Of a DNA stretch of 64,000 nucleotides, positions 35,099 through 48,607 are shown one piece after another; position 1 is the first letter of the stretch; each line of letters starts with the position of its first letter. The notes beneath the pieces are model-generated. The model was not told the origin of the DNA and made no database searches. It saw only the letters and a list, made by a program, of their open reading frames with translations. This DNA comes from Marsupella aquatica (lineage: Eukaryota; Plantae; Marchantiophyta), in contig OZ316897.1 of NCBI GenBank assembly GCA_973895155.1, positions 21,239,355 through 21,303,354 on the forward strand, given 5' to 3'. Both the position numbers and the translations under genes were made by a program.

Positions 35099-36624
35099 GG
35101 CCATGACATCAAGATATTCAAGCGCCACCACTGCAGTAGATGTCATTGAATTACAAGCTCGTTTTCTTTCAATTCCTGATATTGCATATTGGAACCACCA
35201 TCAATTAGACGGGAGGCTCCAATTCACCCATAACGAGATATCAAAGGTAATCATTTAAGTTGGAGGAATTTGTTGACAAGAAAGTTAATTGATATGCTCT
35301 CGGCTTCTGCTTGGAGTTACAAACTAGACTCCCCGTCAAGGTCGTGGAAGACAAGTCAGTACCTGCAACAGTACGTTGAATTGGAATCTGAACTCGGAGA
35401 ATTTTAGCGCGCATGCTTATGAACTAACTACTGCAACGAATGATGTGAAACGCTTGCCATACTCGATCGTGTAATCGCTTGCCATACTCGACAGCTATTG
35501 TGAAACCAAAACGTACTAATCTCAGCGGAAAAATCACGAGAGGGGATCGGAGGGTAGACATTAAGGTTGATATCTTCCAGACCTGAAGTAAACCCACCAT
35601 GTGGATAGGTGCAGAGTTCAGTTCAAGTACAAGACTATAACCACGAGCAGAATTCTTATAATTGCAAAATGGAGGTAGGAAGTTGCATGCTACTGTGCGA
35701 AAAGAAAACCGCATTCTGCCTCACAAATAGACTTTCGGAATTTCAATTGAGTGTGTAATCCTCCACCGTACCTTAATTAAGAGAATGCCAGTGCTCTTTA
35801 AAGTAACAGTCTGGCTCTGCAAGGAATATTAATTCCTGGACGTACCGGTCCTAATCATTTGCGTGGTAAGTGTAATCATAAATTGCACTATCCGCTTAAA
35901 TTATATAGGCTTATATAGGACTGACTGTTAAAACTTCAACCTCATGATCAATATCTACAAATATTGCATGGTTTTAGTTCTAGGTTTCTATACCGTTCAT
36001 TTTAGTCTCCTAAACTGTTGTACCTCGGGTTGTACCTCTCAACTAAAACGCTAGATTTCTACCTTTGCCCTACAGTAGCAGCTACTACTTGTTTCCAAGA
36101 AACATACACGATCTGTCGATTCCACATAAGATTATTTATTTCCTAGCTATACATGCATGCTACCGCGCCGCCCATTGGTTTTTCAGTTGATGAGCTCTAC
36201 AGCAAAGTAGCTAGTCGATCATTTACATTCCCGTTTTCATTCTAGGTATATAGCACTCGATCTTGCAATTCAACATTGCTGAAATCTTTCTCATGAATAA
36301 ATCCATTGAGTCCACTTCTAGCATCTGCCTCAATTATTGGGACACATCCATGTATGGCAGATTAATATGATTCATGCATTGAGTTCGACGATGTGGATAT
36401 TTTTGCCTTCTTCGCTGCTCTTAAGTGTTTGCAAGGGTCAGCTTTATATGTATGAAACGAATCCACAGTAAGAAGAAATTTTGGATGGAAGCCAACGGAT
36501 ATTTATTTTCAGCTCGTTCAAGCGAAGTAACACTTTTAGGGCATTCCCATGAGAGCTGAGGCGTAACAGAGAAACGTTGATCCTAGTCCGTACATGCTGG
36601 AAACTATCCTTAAAACTGAGTCAC

Positions 36625-37212
36625 CTAAACTGAGTCCGTACACGGAAGGATGCACCAGTCGTTCACCTTAACGAACAATTGGAGGTTGATGTTGAACAGA
36701 TACAGTCCATCCTCCAGTGCTTTAAATACGCAGTCCACACAATAGAAAGGCATTTTGGCTCGGTAGCTATCATCTGCCCACACTACTCTCTTTACTCTAG
36801 CCTGAGCATTGTAAAATGGTGTGGTAAATGTACATTCATAGAGCACATGCTGATTGTTTGGATCTATTTGCTCGAGGAACCAAGTACTGCGTGTCATTTG
36901 GGGAACAAACTCATTGACAACAATTGGGGTGTTAGGGTCGATGTTGTTAACGCACTGGACGTCCACTTGATTTTCCAAAACGTTCAGTAGGTCAAACCCA
37001 GGTGGATAACCGAGTTTGACACCCGAACCTTTGTCATTCTCCTCTGCAGATTTGTTGTCCCGTGGCACCTCGAAAGGTTGCCCCACAGAATTTCGTACAG
37101 GTTCTAACTCTACCACCGCACGGGCATCCACAGACAAGTCCGGGCTAGTAGTGGCTAACGCGAGAAGCAGCACACAGGCTAGAAGACTGCGACGAAAGTT
37201 GCCCATGTTCAA
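36625..37212 (-). CDS. Secreted S-protein homolog (SPH / plant self-incompatibility S1-like) protein, intronless
   Basis: Signal peptide (RRSLLACVLLLALA). Pattern V-x-V-x-C ... W-F ... L-Y-E-C-T-F ... C-V-D-C-V-F-K-A-L-E-D-G-L-Y matches the recalled SPH consensus (C..C.W...DG.Y). Confidence 0.7.
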   Translation of the reverse strand: MNMGNFRRSLLACVLLLALATTSPDLSVDARAVVELEPVRNSVGQPFEVPRDNKSAEENDKGSGVKLGYPPGFDLLNVLENQVDVQCVNNIDPNTPIVVNEFVPQMTRSTWFLEQIDPNNQHVLYECTFTTPFYNAQARVKRVVWADDSYRAKMPFYCVDCVFKALEDGLYLFNINLQLFVKVNDWCILPCTDSV

Positions 37213-40200
37213 GTCTGCAGAAGGTAAGTCTTGTCAGATGCAATCGATAAGTTGATTGATCATGAGTATCAAGTGTTAAAAAGCTTTACTCAACTATTGG
37301 AAGGGATCGGATACACGCAATTCATGGAAACCAAGGTATTCGATTTGCTATTGTTATAAGGCAATGAGGATCCCAACTGCACTAATCCAACGGTATCGTT
37401 TAATTACCTCTTAGTGCTGTACTCTTCTGGGCGTCACTCTAACGCAAGGGTCGATGACCTACGCGCAACCTCACAAACTTGGTGCTGTTTCAGATGGATC
37501 GCTCGATCGCTCTTTCAAAACCGAAGAATGCAAAGATCTCCTCCCGTCCTTCCTCAAATAGGGCACACTCAAACAGCTGGGTCAGTTGTCAGAGACATGT
37601 TTTACAGAGTGGTTCAACAAGCGCAAACAGAGGTGCGACTTATGTTTATCTGACGGGGAACGAGGATAGGAAGGAGACCCTAGTTTGTGAGCTTGATAAT
37701 TATTTTGTCATATGTATATGCATATGCTATGTAGTCATACTTAAGCTTGCATGTGGTACGTCTCTCCTGAATCGCACATCCAAACGTTATGCCTTATTGC
37801 ATGCATAATTTAGTTATGTAGTCAGACCTAAGTTTGTATTCACTCGTTAGCCTCACATCCAAATTAACATTATGCATGCCTTATCACATATGGTATCTAT
37901 TACCATGGCATTTGTTTCCCTCCGTCACCAGGTATTAATTTCAAAAACGGACCAAAGAGGGGGAAAGAACTATTGTTACTCTGGCGCCCTGGCGCCCTCA
38001 TTACGTCACTGGCTTACGGATTTGGATTTGTTCTCTATTACACTGGATGGGTGGAAAGATATCTATAATGATACAAAATCAAGACAAAGGGAGACACCGG
38101 TCAGTTCGATCAGATGTATTAGATTGAAGCAGAAATATTTGCAGCCCTGTTACAAATCCAACCAGAGGTGGCCGGCCACCTGTTCTTTGGCATTAATTAA
38201 TGGTTTGGGAGTATGACAGGCATGCGCAACCTGACCCTGTAATTTCCAATAGAATGCTTACTGCATGAACTCCTGGGGACCAAAATAGAACCCACTCGGC
38301 CTAGAAGAGAGAGAAGGGACGACGAACAAACACTGCTCCTAAGATTAAAGTGTACTCGAAGCAAAAAGTGGTGGAACCAGGTTACTAAAATAAACCATGC
38401 AAAAATGTGCTCAAAACAGTGAAAATGTGATCTATATTGTTCTCCTGGAACAAGGTGGACAGTGGTGGCTTAAGGCTCAAGTGACCTTAGGTGATAAGCT
38501 TAGCCTATGATAAGCTTAGCCTAACTGACAATTAGATTTCCCAGAGATGTAAACAATAAACTTAGAATAACTATCTATTTTCTCTATGTAGCAAAGTTTA
38601 AACCTAGGGGGATCGGCTCATCGGTCCCTCTAAGTACGTACTTGAAAGTTGGATTAATGTGGGAGTCAGCACTATAAACCTAAACCCTTTCTACAAGTAA
38701 TCCTATCTAATCCTGTGACAGGATGATCTGCCTTCTCTTCTGATCGACTTCTATCTGTCGTTAGAGTTTCTTCAGTTATTTATTTCTCATGTAAAATGCC
38801 GCGCCGCAGGTGATTGTCTCCACTCCTCGTGTCATTTCTTAAGAGTTTCTGGTTTTACTTTACTCATGTAAACTTCCGCACGTGTTGAACTCACCACGCG
38901 TCAGTGTTTTAAGAGTTCTCCGTTTTCCGTTGTAAGGAGTTCAAGTTCTCTGTGTATTTGAATTGTCTTGCTTATCCGCGGGGATGTGAGGTATTACGGT
39001 TCGATTCATCTCTTCCTCCCTCTACTGTATTGATGTGAGTTCATTTCTTAAGCTTTCTGTCGATTCTCTTCACGGAGAATACGGGGCAAATAAAGAGTAC
39101 AATCTGTACACCATCTATTATCGATGTGTAGTCTGAGTCAATTGATGTGTGTAAAATTGTTATGTTCGCTCTACGTAATCTTTTCGGCATTTCTCACTTG
39201 AGACAGCGATACACTTACCTAGCAGGATTGTCTCTCAACTCCAGAAACTTTGCAAAGGCCATATGGTTTTATTAAGATCTTAACATGGTTCAATTTCATG
39301 ATTAAATATAGGGTTCTGAAAAAGTGCACCAGTGTTATCACAAAATAGTTTTAGTGGTTCCTCATCATTGAAACTTAAGTTCCTTAGAAGTGCATTAAGC
39401 CAAGTAGCTCCTTCTACGAGTATTTCTTGGGTAAATGATAGAGCAGTTGTTGGTCGGCGTTTTGATTTCCAAGTGATAGTGCATTGGTAGATTTCCCGTT
39501 CTCGTGGTCGCCTGGCTAGCTAGCCAGCATCTGTATTTCCTGGTCCGTTGTAGCTTCCGTTTTGGCTGGTTAGAATCCCAAAATCTGGCTGAATAGAATC
39601 CCAAAATTTGACTGAATAGAATACTAAAATCTAACGCCTGCTTAGATATGTTATACTATAGCCATGAACCTAGTCACAACACTCATAGCCTAGCCTATAT
39701 AAGCTGTTATGTTGGTAAGATAAATGAGCTTACCAAGGATTCTCCTACAAGCTAGATCTGCTTTTCCTACTTCCATGTCAGTTCTTACTCAGTTATTTTT
39801 AATTGGAATGGCAGGATGCGCGCAATCCCTGCTCTACACCTATATATATTCTGACTATCATCTGGCAACTGAGAAGGTTTCCTCAAAGTTTTTTTCTTAT
39901 TTTTGTTCGAAGCCACTTCCAACCATGCCAATCTGACCTTGTTTGCCATAGATCCTCTAGACTAGTACTTCTTTTAGTTTGTAAAGCCACTTTGCTGTGA
40001 AGGGAGTCTTAATTAGCTAAGGGGAGCTCCCCTACAGACCACGTTAGGGTCATAGTTGAATCCAAATCTTTCTCCATTGCCGTCTTCCATGCAAGTACGT
40101 GATTTCGCAGCTTCCTCATACTTCAGTGGTTCAACGATGTGTGATCCTTCTTTCCCTGTGAGCTTAGCGAAGAGATTCGGGAAATCTGGGCCAGGCTGTT

Positions 40201-42537
40201 GCGGATCACGATTCGCCTCAGCAGCCCCATCGAGTCGGCCAGGTAATCGGCTATATGGCTGCGGTCTCCGTATCCATCCAAAATTGTTGGGGAAATCCCT
40301 GTTTGTACTTTGTTTGGTTGTTCCCTACGGACTCGCTCATTAGTTTATGAGAAGCAAACCAACCAAATCACCCGACGGCGTGAGCGTAGACTCGGGCATC
40401 AATTTTTGGAAAGTCCCTTCGCCTGTTGTACTTTTGTCCATCCTCCCGGGGCAGTATATATGATCTGCTTTTTATCTCCTCGCCAGCGGGCTCACCATCG
40501 ATCTGATCGAACCTTCCGCCCTTATTGCCAATATTAAGTCTGTAGGTATGAGCTCTGGATCCGAAACAAGCGATCACGATCGTCCAGAACTCCAGCGGCG
40601 ATCAAGAGGTGTGACGACCCATATATTCCTCACAGTCGATGTATGGACAATGACCTACTTCCGTAGAACCTCCATTATTTTGAATGAGGCTGTCAAATTC
40701 CAAAAGAGCCTAGAGCGGATTGACGATTGTTAAGGCCTACCGTAGCCATTTGACTGTCCCACCAGACTCTGGGTCTGCAGAGCTCTGGTCGCCGTGAGTT
40801 GTCCATATATAGCCGGCCTGTCGATAGCAAGTATTCCTAAACCCTAAATTAAACTACCACTTATTGGTAGTTACCTCCGGAAACTTAGTCTTCAGGGAGC
40901 AGGCCCACGGGAAATGATATTGCTCCCGGAAACGAAAATTGTGGCCCGGAGTGTGTCGGCAAACGAAATTGGAGATGTAGACGAGGATGTAGATTAAAGA
41001 AATCAACCCCAAATATATTTTTGAAAAATCACGAGAAATCGTTTAGAATATTGGTGCCCCAACAAATTTTAATGGTTGAGTTGGGTGCTACAAACTCAAA
41101 TGGCAACGTACGCTTCACTTGTTATCTAGATTTGACCTAGCTCTCTCTTTCTCTCTCTCTCTTCAATTCACATCTCACGGCAGGGGATCGATGAAGTTTC
41201 AACAGAGAAAAGTGAATTACTTAGGGCTTGGCTTAAGCTCGACTGTGGCCTCGATATGAATCGAGTAAATGCTATTGTACATCATTTGTCCGTTCAGTTT
41301 TAACGTAACTCTCAGAACCAATCATACTTGTCAGGATTGTAACTCCTGACCTGTACCTATATATTTAAATCGAAGGGAGTTAATTCCCTTCACTCGAAAC
41401 AGACGCTACCCATTGGCGCGCATATAAACGATATGGCAAGAGCGCATCTGCCGGTCTGAGGCCACACCGTTCCAGTTTCATGCAGCCTCAGTTTTAATAA
41501 TTGGTTGCGTTTCTGCCTAAAGTCCGCCCCTACTACATCCCTTCTGTACTACGCGAACCCCCTCTTGACATTTGACTAAGTATCGATCTGCAACAGTGGT
41601 TGGCAGGTTTAGGGAAATCAAGGTCAAGAATCTAAGCATGGACGAAACTATCTGAGCGACATCATGTCTGCTTCTTTGAACGGATGTTGGCATTACACAC
41701 CAAAGCCACTGTGAACATATACGGTCAACCTCACAAAAATGTCCACTGGAAGTAACTCAGGACAAGAGAATGCAAGCTTCAGAGCCATGCGGCGCAGAGA
41801 ACCTCAATTGATTTTGAACCGAGCTTTAGCAGTAGCAGTTGCAGTATGTATATATATATAGCACAAACTCGTTTTCCTAAACAGTTTGTACAAATAGCTT
41901 CAATTTCATGGTCCTCTACTATATAGAAGTTTATTATGCCAAACAAGAGCCCTGAAAGTCTAGCTTTGGGCGGTCCATGGATCCGGTACTAAAAAAATCT
42001 AATTTTGTTAAACTAATGTTTGGAATGAGGTAAATTCAGTGAGAGAGAGCAAGAGTGCCCTTTTAATTTACCCGTCTGAACAAATTTTTCTTCAATTCAA
42101 ACCCAACAAAATTTTCCTCTCGGCAAAGATTGTACTATTTCTGCAAGTTACGTAGACTTCAGCAAGCTAGTCTTGCTGGATACCGCAATACAACTAAATC
42201 AGCCGATCCTTGCGAAGCTTAATATGTGAACGTACAGTTCTTCACTTCTCGAGGAGCATAAATTATATATCGATCAGTACGTACCCAGAGAGGTCTAGGT
42301 TTTCACGTTCAAGTAACATCGTCAAGCAAGCTCGAGCATCATTGTTGCTTTGCAATTAAGCCCAGCTGAACCGTTAATGGAAATTGATCGATCACTACTT
42401 AGGAGGCGTTGACAGAGCAGCGCCGTCGAATAATCGACCCATGCATGCAGGAGCGAATCCTGATCGAGAGAAAAGAACTTGCTCTCAATCGGTTGACGAT
42501 ACAAATTAGTTAATTCTCACACAGCACCGGAGATTAT

Positions 42538-44784
42538 CTAGGTGCGGCGACGGGATATTTTGTAGCTTATTACGGCATAGGCGAGTAATCGATAGAAGAC
42601 AGTGAAACCCACCATTATCGCCACGTCCTTCCATTTCTCTCTATCTACGCCTCCTTCTACGCCTAATTGCTGGAGCACCTGCAACCAAGTGAGATTGCAA
42701 GCCCTTGTCTGATTCCCTTTCTGATTGGGTGTGGACAGATTGTCATCTAAACACTCGCCTGCCCGATTTTGGTACTCGTTGGCTAGGAGTGCCTCCAGAG
42801 GGTACTTCAGCAATGACAGGTAGTGTGCGAAGATCCAATACCTGGGAATCCTTTCTTTCGAGATGAAGTATCCGCAGAAGAGGAAGAAGGCACCCATGCA
42901 GACCATTACGAGCGAATTTCCCACGATAAAATTGGGCACCAGGGCTGCGAAGAACGAGACGAAGGAGTTGGCCTGGAGGAGAACGAGCCAAATGACGAGC
43001 ACAAAGAAGAAGAATGAAGAAGGGGAGGCGGTGAGCTTGACGATGTAGTAGGTGGGGATAGAGTAGATGATGCCTATGACGAGCAGGAACGGAGCAAAGA
43101 CGATGGCACTCGACAGCATGTAGGAGAAAATGCGGTATGCGCCTCTCGAGGTCTCCCGTGTGAATATCTGGCGCTCCTGGAGGAAAATTGGAAGAGCCTC
43201 AGTGGAGGATGAGAGGAAGAACGTCAACGTGAAGGCAAAGAAGGAGAATCTCTCTTGTACTCCCTCCCTTCCACCCTTGTTGGAGTTGATGAAGATGGTG
43301 CCCAACGTGAGCCCTGCCGCCAGCGATTGGAAGGTTCTGGCAAGAAAGAGCTCCTTGGAACGAGCTATATTCTTGAAGCAACGATTTGCAAGCACCATAG
43401 TCTCCTGCATAGTTGAATTGGCGTAAGACACCTTGTTCTCCAGCCTCGACTTTATTTGCGGACTCTCAATCACGAGGTTTGTATCTCTGCTCCAATCGAA
43501 GCCTTCTGGGGGATCCATGAGACCGATCTTCACATTCTCTACCTGGTCCTTGAGCAGCTGCACTCCATGGTCGTCCATCTCGATAGAGAACCTTCCATTC
43601 ACAGCGTCGATGGCATACTCCAGTACAGTGGTGTGGGCGGGGATTTCGTGGCCCATTACTGCCAGCCTTGAGGCGAGCATTTCCAACGATCCGTGGTGAA
43701 CCACTTTGCCTTCCGCGAGGAGGAGAACCGAATGCATAAGCTCGAGGATTCGGAAATTCGGCTGGTGAATGCTAAGGATGACTGTACAATTACGAGACAC
43801 CGCCATCGATCTGAGGATCGCAACGATGTTCGTGGCAGCCGCGCTGTCGAGACCAGATGTTGGTTCGTCCAAGATGAGCACGGAGGGATCGTGCACAACG
43901 TCCACTCCGATAGACACGCGTCTCCTCTCGCCCCCGGACACTCCACGGATGGTCTGACTGCCAATTCTGGAGTCGGCGACGTGCTCAAGCCCGAGCTCCA
44001 CGAGGAGGGCATCCACTCTCGCCTTCTTGAGAATGAGGGACATGGCGGGCGGCAGCCGAAGCCTGGCGCTGAAGAGAAGCGTCTCGTGCACAGTGAGAGT
44101 GGGAAAGAGGGCGTCGTCCTGCATGACGTACGCCGACACGCGACGGAATCGCGCCACATCCATTATCTTGTCGTTGACGAGTATAGAGTGAGAGCTGATA
44201 GGTCTGATCCGTCCCGCCAGTACTTCAAGGAGAGTAGACTTGCCTGAACCGCTTGGCCCTGCGATGGCAAGAAGCTCCCCGGCCATAGCATTGAAGCTGA
44301 CATTCCTCAGAATGTGTTGAACGTCGATGTCACTCGCTTGCTGCTGCTTCTGGAGGTTCAGTTCGTTGGCTCCAGTACTCACGCTCGCATGAACTCTAGA
44401 AGTTTCAGGCAGGCTCTTACTGCTGCCGTGGATCTTACATGCGAGAAACCTCCTTACCGTTAGGAGCTGAGAGTTATGGCTGTGGCTTGGCAGCTTGTAG
44501 TTCAGGTTTCTCACTTGGATATTGTAGGATTTCGTTCTCTGAACTTGGAGAAATACCGAAGGGACGAAGTATCCGGGTGAATGCCATGGTTGAGGCGATG
44601 GACTTCCTTGTAGCAAATCATCCTGGGCATTGAAGGCTGCAACTGATCTCACCGAAGATGAGATGTAGCCGCAGTGCCGACTGACTTTTCGAGTGTTGTC
44701 GTCTGCAGCGGCAGTTTGATCATGGTCAACGACCTTCTGTCGGCCACCGCCTGTCTCCATTACTTCAACTGAATCTGACTGCAT
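42538..44784 (-). CDS. ABC transporter G family half-transporter (WBC type), intronless
   Basis: Walker A GPSGSGKST, Q-loop YVMQDD, signature VSGGERRRV, Walker B ILDEPTSGLD, H-loop SIHQP, and a C-terminal ABC2 membrane domain. 748 aa, uninterrupted. Confidence 0.96.
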   Translation of the reverse strand: MQSDSVEVMETGGGRQKVVDHDQTAAADDNTRKVSRHCGYISSSVRSVAAFNAQDDLLQGSPSPQPWHSPGYFVPSVFLQVQRTKSYNIQVRNLNYKLPSHSHNSQLLTVRRFLACKIHGSSKSLPETSRVHASVSTGANELNLQKQQQASDIDVQHILRNVSFNAMAGELLAIAGPSGSGKSTLLEVLAGRIRPISSHSILVNDKIMDVARFRRVSAYVMQDDALFPTLTVHETLLFSARLRLPPAMSLILKKARVDALLVELGLEHVADSRIGSQTIRGVSGGERRRVSIGVDVVHDPSVLILDEPTSGLDSAAATNIVAILRSMAVSRNCTVILSIHQPNFRILELMHSVLLLAEGKVVHHGSLEMLASRLAVMGHEIPAHTTVLEYAIDAVNGRFSIEMDDHGVQLLKDQVENVKIGLMDPPEGFDWSRDTNLVIESPQIKSRLENKVSYANSTMQETMVLANRCFKNIARSKELFLARTFQSLAAGLTLGTIFINSNKGGREGVQERFSFFAFTLTFFLSSSTEALPIFLQERQIFTRETSRGAYRIFSYMLSSAIVFAPFLLVIGIIYSIPTYYIVKLTASPSSFFFFVLVIWLVLLQANSFVSFFAALVPNFIVGNSLVMVCMGAFFLFCGYFISKERIPRYWIFAHYLSLLKYPLEALLANEYQNRAGECLDDNLSTPNQKGNQTRACNLTWLQVLQQLGVEGGVDREKWKDVAIMVGFTVFYRLLAYAVISYKISRRRT

Positions 44785-45599
44785 GATGTGGAATTCTCTC
44801 GATCTATCATCCTTATATATGTATATCCTACATCATGTGTCTGAGCTCTTACTGAATCTCGAACGTACTGAGCTCCATGTAAACTGCATAAGAATATGCA
44901 TTTGTACGATAGAGGGATACGGACTTGCATTTCCCATGCGATAGTTGCGTGCTCTAGGGCGTGATCAAACGTCCAGTGATTGAGTCCTCTTTGAGCCACG
45001 AAGACATCGGAGTCATGATCGGTACAGTGAACTCTGTTTGAACAATTCCGCCCACTAGTTTTGAATCACTGTTAAAGCTAATGCCAGAGTACAGGACGAT
45101 ATAAACCTGGACGAGACTAAGACAGCAGGTAGTCAATCAGACATCGACAAGGACGCTGGGTTGATCGACTACCTTGCTGTCTTAGTATTCTATTCAGAGC
45201 CTATAATGACGATTTAACAAGAATCTCATATGCACAAGTTTATTTCTGCTTATTTAACAGTTCCTGGGATATTCTGGGGTGCTCGGCTGCAGTAATGCGC
45301 CATGCGCCATGGGTCCATTCTGTCATAAGGTGAACATCTCTCAAGCGTACGGGAATGGGACTTTGAGTACTCACGTGTAAAGAGCACGCAAAATACCCCT
45401 AGAGCCTCGATCACGCCACAACGAGAAGTGGAGATAGCAAAGCATACAGCAAGAACAAAATGTATAATTGGGTTGCACACGAATATGCAGGAACTGGAGC
45501 CGATGTTGTTGATTTTGGTTTCTTCAAAACTTGTTTTACCACAAAAGGTTGAACCATTAACAGCTAAGTATATATAGATCATCTGTCTAGCTTAAGAGC

Positions 45600-46760
45600 T
45601 GAAATCACTGTTGACATGGCTACCAACTAAGTAAAGAGGAATACAGTCGATTCCAGTGTGCAATTAACAACAAAGGATTTAGCAACTCTGACTGTGGTAC
45701 ACCCCGGAATCGACAATTTGGATCGCTAATTCGATGCTGAGAAAAGCCGAAGGTGATCTACCTCCGGTAGATTCCAGAATACCCAACTCGGATTGCTACC
45801 TCCTGGTACAGGAAACCATGCAATTGACAACAAATCTCCTGCAAATCTAACTATCGTACGTCCCCGAGTCCCCAACAAATCTTCGACAAATCTAACTGTG
45901 GTACGTCCCAGAAACCACAATTTGGATAGCTGCCTCATAGTCAGCTAGATCATATTATTCAACAACCGTACGTTCTGGCAGATGAGTGGCACATCCCAGA
46001 ATCCACAATTTGGATGGCTAAGTCCTAAGTAAGTTGAACGGGAGTAGAATAGGCCATGCAATACGTCGACAACAAAGCTGCGGAGTATTTAACTGTGGTA
46101 CATCCTAGATTCAACAGTTCCGACAGGTACGTACCTACTGAGTAGCGCTGCAAAGGAGTACGTATAGTCGACCATGTCATGTAATTGTATAGCGTCCACG
46201 AATTCACAGTAAAATGAGATGAGTACCTACTAAGTACTGTAGCTAGACTACGTAGTTGATAACAAAGCTTCGTCATGGTCCCTTTCTAGAATCCAACATT
46301 CGGATGGCTTCCACCGAATTAATGCTGAAGGGTAGTACAGTATACCATGTAATTGATAACCAAGCTTCAAGGCATATATTACGTGGCACATCCCAAAACA
46401 CAGAGTTGAGATAGGTACCGACTGAGTAGAGTAAAGGTGAAAGAGGAGTACAGTAGACCATGTAATTGATAACAAAGCTTCCAGACATATGTTCCTGTGG
46501 CACATCCCAGAATACAGAGTTGAGATATGTACCGACTGAGTAGAGTAAAGGTGAAAGAGGAGTACAGTAGACCACGCAATTGACAAATGGAGCTTCGGCA
46601 TATTTAACAATAATGGTACATCCCAGAAATCAGAATTGAGGTGGCTACCTACTGAGTAAATCTCAAGGAGGAGTAGAGTACACCATCCAATTGCCACAGA
46701 GCTTCGGCACGTTTTAACTATGTTACATCCCATCTACAGTTGACTGGCTACCAGCTACAG
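45600..46760. repeat. Diverged tandem array of ~100-120-bp units upstream of the ABCG gene
   Basis: Recurring GTGG(C/T)ACATCCCAGAA...TACC(G/T)ACTGAGTA...CCATG(C/T)AATTGA..ACAAAGCT. The best two units start at 46383 and 46497 (period 114). Confidence 0.8.
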
Positions 46761-48607
46761 TAATGGTAAGGGGGTATACAGTATGGTATTCATGATGAAG
46801 TCTCTACGGTAATTATAATACGATACGCAGTGTACATACAGAAATACTACCAACACAGGATCTGTTAGAAGGATCCTTACTAAGACCTTCACAAGTCTCA
46901 ATTCATCTAGCATTTGCATTTGCACCAGCAGTATTTAATTCTGTCCATACCGTGTTTCTAACATAAATTACCGTGGTCCAAATTGAATTGTGACCATTGA
47001 ACAGTGAAGTGAAGTCAGGTAACAGTACAATTAATAATTGATGAGCTCAATCAGCTCCTCATTCACTGTATAGCATGTTCGTGCATGCTCATTTAGGCAT
47101 GTTTCATTATTTGTCTTGCAATGATGTGCAGACTGAATTAGACTGAGGGCTATTGCATAATATTTGAATAGATTGAGTGTAATAAAATACAAAAATAAAA
47201 GTATGGGCACAGGACAAAGAAAAGTACATCTCCCACCATAATGAAGACTAAAAGTACATGTGCACAAGTCTTGAAAAGTTGTGCCTATATCACACCCACT
47301 TTAGTTGAAGGAAACCCCTTGGAACCTGATCACTGGCCAGCTCTGGCTGTAGTCTCTAAACTACTTGTTTGGTTGCCTCCTTTCTGAGGTCTAACTTCTT
47401 CCCAGGTACTGGCCTCTCTGGTCTTAGCATGTCACCCATTGGTCCCTTGGGTTGGCCTCCCTCTTTTGGGGCCCCCGTTTTTTATGCTGGCTATCTAATG
47501 GGTTTCATTTGGTTTTGGGGGGGCAAAAAATTGAGATGTGCATACAAGCTACAGATTCTCGCTTGCCTTAATGACACCCAAATCAATATATAAAAGGTTG
47601 TGCACATATTTAAGCAGTACACAAGATATTCAATTGCCTTAGGGGGGCCGGTATAGAGTTCTAGAGCAAAGCTGGTACAGAAGATATTCACTTGCCTTAG
47701 GTATAGAGATCTGACTGGAGCAAAGCCTCTAGACCGTAACTCTAGATAAAGACAAAATTGAGTGAATACCAAAAGCACTGATGGGGCAATTAAAGATGAA
47801 CGGGAACAACTGACATAGGTTTTTTTGTACGTAAGGCTTTTTTCACACAAACTTTTCAATTTGGAAGGCTTTTTTTGTCGTATCTCTTTTAACATTCAAA
47901 GAATGGGCACGCATTCAGGCTTGTGCATATATAAAGATCTATGTAGATATTGATATCAAGACTCTTGAGTAATTTTTTTTTGTTCCATGTCACACCATTC
48001 TAGGTAGTGTTAGAGTGTATTGTACTATCTAGATCTGTATGTTTGATATGTGTGCTAAATGAGCCAATAAGGTTCCGTTAGGTTGTGTGAGAGGGTAGTT
48101 CTCTCTTGTGAGGCATTGAAAGGTTATCTTTCAATGTTGAGCCTTGGGAAAGAAGAGCTTGTGTGGTGGCTATGGTGGCTGAGAGCTCTCTCTATGTAGC
48201 GTGGATTCCTTGAGTGCAAGGTGCGTTGGCTCGACATACATGTGTGATCGGATCGGTGCGGGATCGATGGGGTATTGTTGACCGGGATTGTTGTTCAGAT
48301 TCTATTGAGATTATTGTGGGTTCTGGACATGTGTGGACATGAATTCCACTTGTACTTCATTCTCTTGTGTTTGTGATGTGGCAGTGTGACTATGTCTGAA
48401 TATATATGATAAACGATGTATGTTGTGTAGCGATGTGTATGCGCACGACATCCATGGTTTTCCATGGTTGTGGTTAAGACATTTGAGTGTTATCATTGGA
48501 TTATCCAGCTCTGCCATGCTTTGTATGTGAGGCATATGCCTTTCATTTGTGACAGAAAACTTCTTGAGGAGTGGGTGGGGTGGGGCTCATTGAATTTAAA
48601 AGAAACC

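Noticed and set aside
38490-41200. Short duplications (16 bp at about 38492, 23 bp x3 at about 39570), a small hairpin at about 40760 and short ORFs
   Set aside because: No recognisable protein, RNA gene or element boundaries; consistent with ordinary intergenic DNA.
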